A stretch of DNA of 64,000 bases from Convolutriloba macropyga (Eukaryota): NCBI RefSeq assembly GCF_964194025.1, contig NC_134471.1, forward strand, positions 40,858,001-40,922,000. Reading direction: 5' to 3'. Under the pieces are notes generated by a model. The model saw nothing but the letters and a program-made list of their open reading frames with translations, was not told the origin of the DNA and made no database searches. Positions 60,425 to 64,000 of the stretch are shown piece after piece. Numbering within the stretch: the stretch's first letter is position 1; the number at the start of each line of letters is the position of its first letter. The translations under genes and the position numbers were made by a program.

Positions 60425-61749
60425 GTCTCACAGGCGCTGCTGTTTGCGCCTTCAGAAAATCCAGTATTGACAGGGTGCTAGACAGTAAAAACCTAAAGAA
60501 GCCTCGCAGCTCTCGAGCCGATAGTCATCTTAGTTGGCAGCTTCAATCTAACCAAAGTCTGGTACCAGCCAATTTTTCTTTTTGCCACATGAATGTTCAA
60601 CAGGACCTAACCAGAGACGAAACGTTATCTAACGAGTTTCTACCTTTAATGCATGAGTGGGTCGAACCAGTAGCAAGGCGACCCATTGCCTACTCGTTGT
60701 CATACAATTTTCAAAGCCTAGCTGCGGATGTTTACCAGAACTACACTCAGCTATATGTTACGACGAATAAACTGAACCTTCTAAAGCTTACAGTGGACAA
60801 CAATTTCGAAAATCTTCAAGCCACCACAAGTCATTTCATCAATCTGCCAAACCTAGGTGCTCAAGTGTTCGAAAAGGGTCTCTTTGACGATAATTTTACC
60901 TATTTTGTTCGACTAAAGGACAATAACGTATACGTTGGAAGCACCTGGACTGTGTACAAAGCACCCAGGAATCTCTGTCATCATTACACAACATGCTTGG
61001 ACTGCTTGCAGACCTCGAGGGATCCCGAATGTCTGTGGAACCCGGATTCCGAAATGTGTGAAGGCCACGTTGGTGCCATAATTCCGGAGGGATCCAACTT
61101 GACCACCCAAGTGGCTTCATGCCCAAACAAGGTTCCAGCTGATGAAACATCATATCACGTGGCGTTCCTTCCGCCTCTTCTGAGAGACCAGGCTCCAGAG
61201 GCTGTGTTTGCTGCGAGTGAAGTAACCTTGTTCTGTGGTGCTAATTTTTCCATCTCCAAACATTTCACTCCCGACCAATCTTCCACTGAAATTTATCCCC
61301 CCGAGGCGCGGTGGTACGAAAACAGCCGCGACGTCTCGTCACAAAGTGTAGGCAAGTGCGGAACTAACGTGGGTGTCAATACATTGTCGTGTTTTGATCC
61401 AGTTACAACGTCAATAGCCACAACGGATCAGATTGGCCCGAGTTTAACACGTAAAACAATAACCGGGTTCTCCTATTCCTTACTTAAAGTAGCGGCCCAA
61501 AAAACAGCCAATTATACTTGTGTTTTCCATTATTCGCCAAAAGACTTCAGCTCGGATTCTGTCGTGCTGAAAGTTTTAACACGTAAGGAGCAAGCCGACC
61601 AGCTTTACACAAAATACCTAGAAGAACTTCGCCAGTACTATACACGGAAATGCGAGATTGACGCTTATTGTGAAACTGATGGTTGTAAATTGGATAACGA
61701 AAGACGGTTTCGAAGTTGCTTAAATCAACAGATAACAGCCAAGACTTGA
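60425..61749 (+). CDS. Semaphorin coding exon 4 (end of Sema domain, PSI domain, Ig-like domain, helical Cys-containing tail; no TM segment)
   Basis: Acceptor ttctgttacag|GT in phase 1 gives …FYATFNQYYLPK-G-LTGAAVCAF (the Sema SAVCAF motif). Further motifs: PLMHEWVEP; PSI CHHYTTCLDCLQTSRDPECLW…C; Ig VTLFC…ARWY…ANYTCVF. The stop TGA is at 61747-61749. Confidence 0.93.
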
Positions 61750-62543
61750 TGTTTTGTATAGGAAACTATCTTTATCCAAGTTCAATGCTAGTTTTCTACA
61801 TCGTATAATTTGCTTGTAGCTTATAGATTTTGAAAAGCCACCAGATTCTTTAATTTATTAGTTGAAAAGAGTCATTTTGATAGCGTGGCCGAGTTCAAAT
61901 CTCTAGTTCAGATCTCGCTCACTGATTGGGCAAAACAGGTAATTCAAAAGGCACCTTTAATAAGTATTAAAACGGAGGTGGACAGATCAAAAATGGGCCC
62001 TAAAATTTTGAAATCTTATGCTAAATTCAAATCCAATAGTTAACCTAACCTTAGGGTTATATTTTGAATAATTTACATGTTAACAACAATAAAAAAGATG
62101 CAATTGATGCGGGTGTATTTAATTTAAGAGACAGAAAAAAATGTGAGCAAAAGTATCATAGAAATTGTTTTTTGTCGTCAATGAACTAGAAACTGATTAT
62201 TTTGACAGTTGCAAACAATCACTGCACTGATTTTTTAACAGTTTTTCTGAAATCTCAAATTTTTCGCAAAAAAATTGTAATCTGCAGTTTTTCTATTGCA
62301 GTCAAGAATAGAGGTACCAAGTAGTTGGCAGCGGGCATAATTTCATAGTCTGGCAGACCGGGTGCTATGAGCAAAAGAGGTTATGAATAAATTTTATGTA
62401 GAACGCAATCAGTTGTAGTACTTGCATTTTTATCCTGAGAAACAGTGATAACGAACTTACGAAAAGTGAGGACATCAGATCGCACATGCGAACACCGCTG
62501 GAAAACTGATTTTTCGATCAACTGTAAAAAAAAATGTTAGCAT

Positions 62544-63560
62544 ATGTTGCCAATGTTATTGCAAATTTCAAGATGATTCAAATAAACCGCCAAATTGCAA
62601 CAAAAACTTTTTGTTGACTCTTTTGTCCAGTAACTTGAAACTTAGACGTGCTCTTTTAACAAATGATTAGACTAGAGAAATGTTTTAAAACATGTTTTGG
62701 TGGGTGACGTTTGATCCAGAGCGCCAAAAGAACGCTCCTTCTCATTCTAGGATACAGAAGACTCTTTTGACACTTTCCTAACGATTACGGTGGAAGCAGA
62801 ATCAATCCTCAACTCCGGACCACTGACTAACGTTGCTGAGCAGCCCGACAACGAGGAACCCTTGACTCCAAACCACTTTCTCATCTAGCGTCCCTTCAAT
62901 AGCTTGCCACCAGGACAATTTGGACACCAGCAATCTGCAAGCTTGAAGACATGGAAGAACACGCAGAAGCTGATGACCCACATGGCGACGCTTGGCGAAA
63001 GAGTATTTGCCAACCCTTAGCCGACGGTCAAACAACAACGAGCGACCGCTCAAAGTAGACGACATCGTTTGGGTGTTGAAAGACCAAACAACAAGAGGCA
63101 TCTGGCCACTGTGAAGGGTCATGGAAACTACACCTGGACGAGATGGAGAAAAAAGAGTCGTAAAGGTAAAAACGGTTTTCGGCACGTACGTTCGCGCCGT
63201 TTCCGGTCTCGCGCGTTTTTTCTCTGTATTTTTTTTTATTTTCTTCGCTCCGGTTTTAGGCAAAGCGAGTTACCCCTTTCCCACAAATTGATGTACTGAT
63301 GATATTGACAACATTTCAGCCTACAGTTTCTGAGCCAATTTCAAAGAAGATGACAAAAGACTTCAATCAATTGATGCTTCTGAAAACCCTTGATGCCGCC
63401 TTTGTGCCCTTGCAGCATGTTGCCAATGTTATTGAAACTTTCAAGATGATTCAAATAAACCGCCAAATTGCAACAAAATCTTGGACTCTTTTGTCCAGTA
63501 ACTTGAAACTTAGACGTGCTCTTTTAACAAATGATTCGACTAGAGAGATGTTTCAAAACA
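62544..63560 (+). repeat. ~145-150-bp direct repeats (62544-62692 and 63417-63560) flanking the BEL fragment
   Basis: atgttgccaatgttattg…ttcaagatgattcaaataaaccgccaaattgcaacaaaa…gactcttttgtccagtaacttgaaacttagacgtgctcttttaacaaatgatt is present twice with few differences. Confidence 0.9.
62720..63225 (+). pseudogene. Decayed fragment of a different BEL/Pao integrase C-terminus
   Basis: The + strand reads EAESILNSGPLT…EPLTPNHFLI*…WRRLAKEYLPTL…LKVDDIVWVLKDQTTRGIWPL*RV…PGRDGEKRVVKVKT, with stops and frameshifts. Confidence 0.85.
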
Positions 63561-64000
63561 GCATGAAACATCTCAAATTTTCTTAAATGAAAAAAAAACG
63601 AAACTTTAATTACATGGAAATTTCTTTTTTATAGTAGTGCTTTGCAAGCTGCGATAGCCTTGATCATTATTTTCTTAAAATTTAAAGATTTATAAAGTTT
63701 TCAGATTTTGTTGGAGCGAATTTCCTGTTTTTGCGTATATCAAATCAACCTGTCCCAATCAATCTGTGATACCCAAACTTTATTGCTGGATTGCGATTTG
63801 AGATTTTTGTTGAAAAATTACTTAGACCAGCTATCAGAAAAAATTGCGCGTCCAAGTTTTGATCATTAAATGACATTACCTTGTATTACAGGCAATTTTT
63901 CCAAGTTATAAAATTTTTAGATTGCAAGATTCGAAAGAAAATTAGAACAAACAAAGTGCATTTTTAGGATGCCAACTGAACAGAAGTAATTGCCTACTCA

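Noticed and set aside
62544-63560. TRIM / mini-LTR element
   Set aside because: The repeats can be read as TG…CA, but there is no polypurine tract, no convincing PBS and no TSD.

Overview
AT-rich, repeat-dense eukaryotic (invertebrate metazoan-type) genomic DNA; no prokaryotic operon, rRNA or CRISPR array is present. One host gene can be reconstructed by hand: a divergent secreted semaphorin (Sema-PSI-Ig, class-2-like architecture) on the + strand. It has four coding exons (30703-30883, 41974-42387, 42676-43353, 60425-61749) joined by three GT-AG phase-1 introns, giving 2598 nt and 865 aa. Intron 1 contains a CR1-type LINE remnant, a decayed CRE-clade (RLE) retrotransposon, a Penelope fragment and several MITEs. 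Intron 3 contains a young ~11 kb antisense BEL/Pao LTR retrotransposon and Helentron-type (HINE) repeats. A decayed CR1-like LINE with a (CAA)n tail lies at 2.75-5.5 kb, and a second BEL fragment lies at ~62.7-63.2 kb. The most unusual object is the BEL element. Its ~3 kb leader carries an intact extra 212-aa ORF (possibly SGNH/esterase-fold) that is clearly homologous to an ORF upstream of ORF1 in the unrelated CR1 remnant 17 kb away. That ORF is followed by three 39-bp repeats with unique spacers and a CpG-rich tandem array. The 5' LTR is also extended by 266 bp of duplicated integrase sequence. All calls were made by eye from motifs and the ORF track, with no database searches; element boundaries are approximate unless stated.
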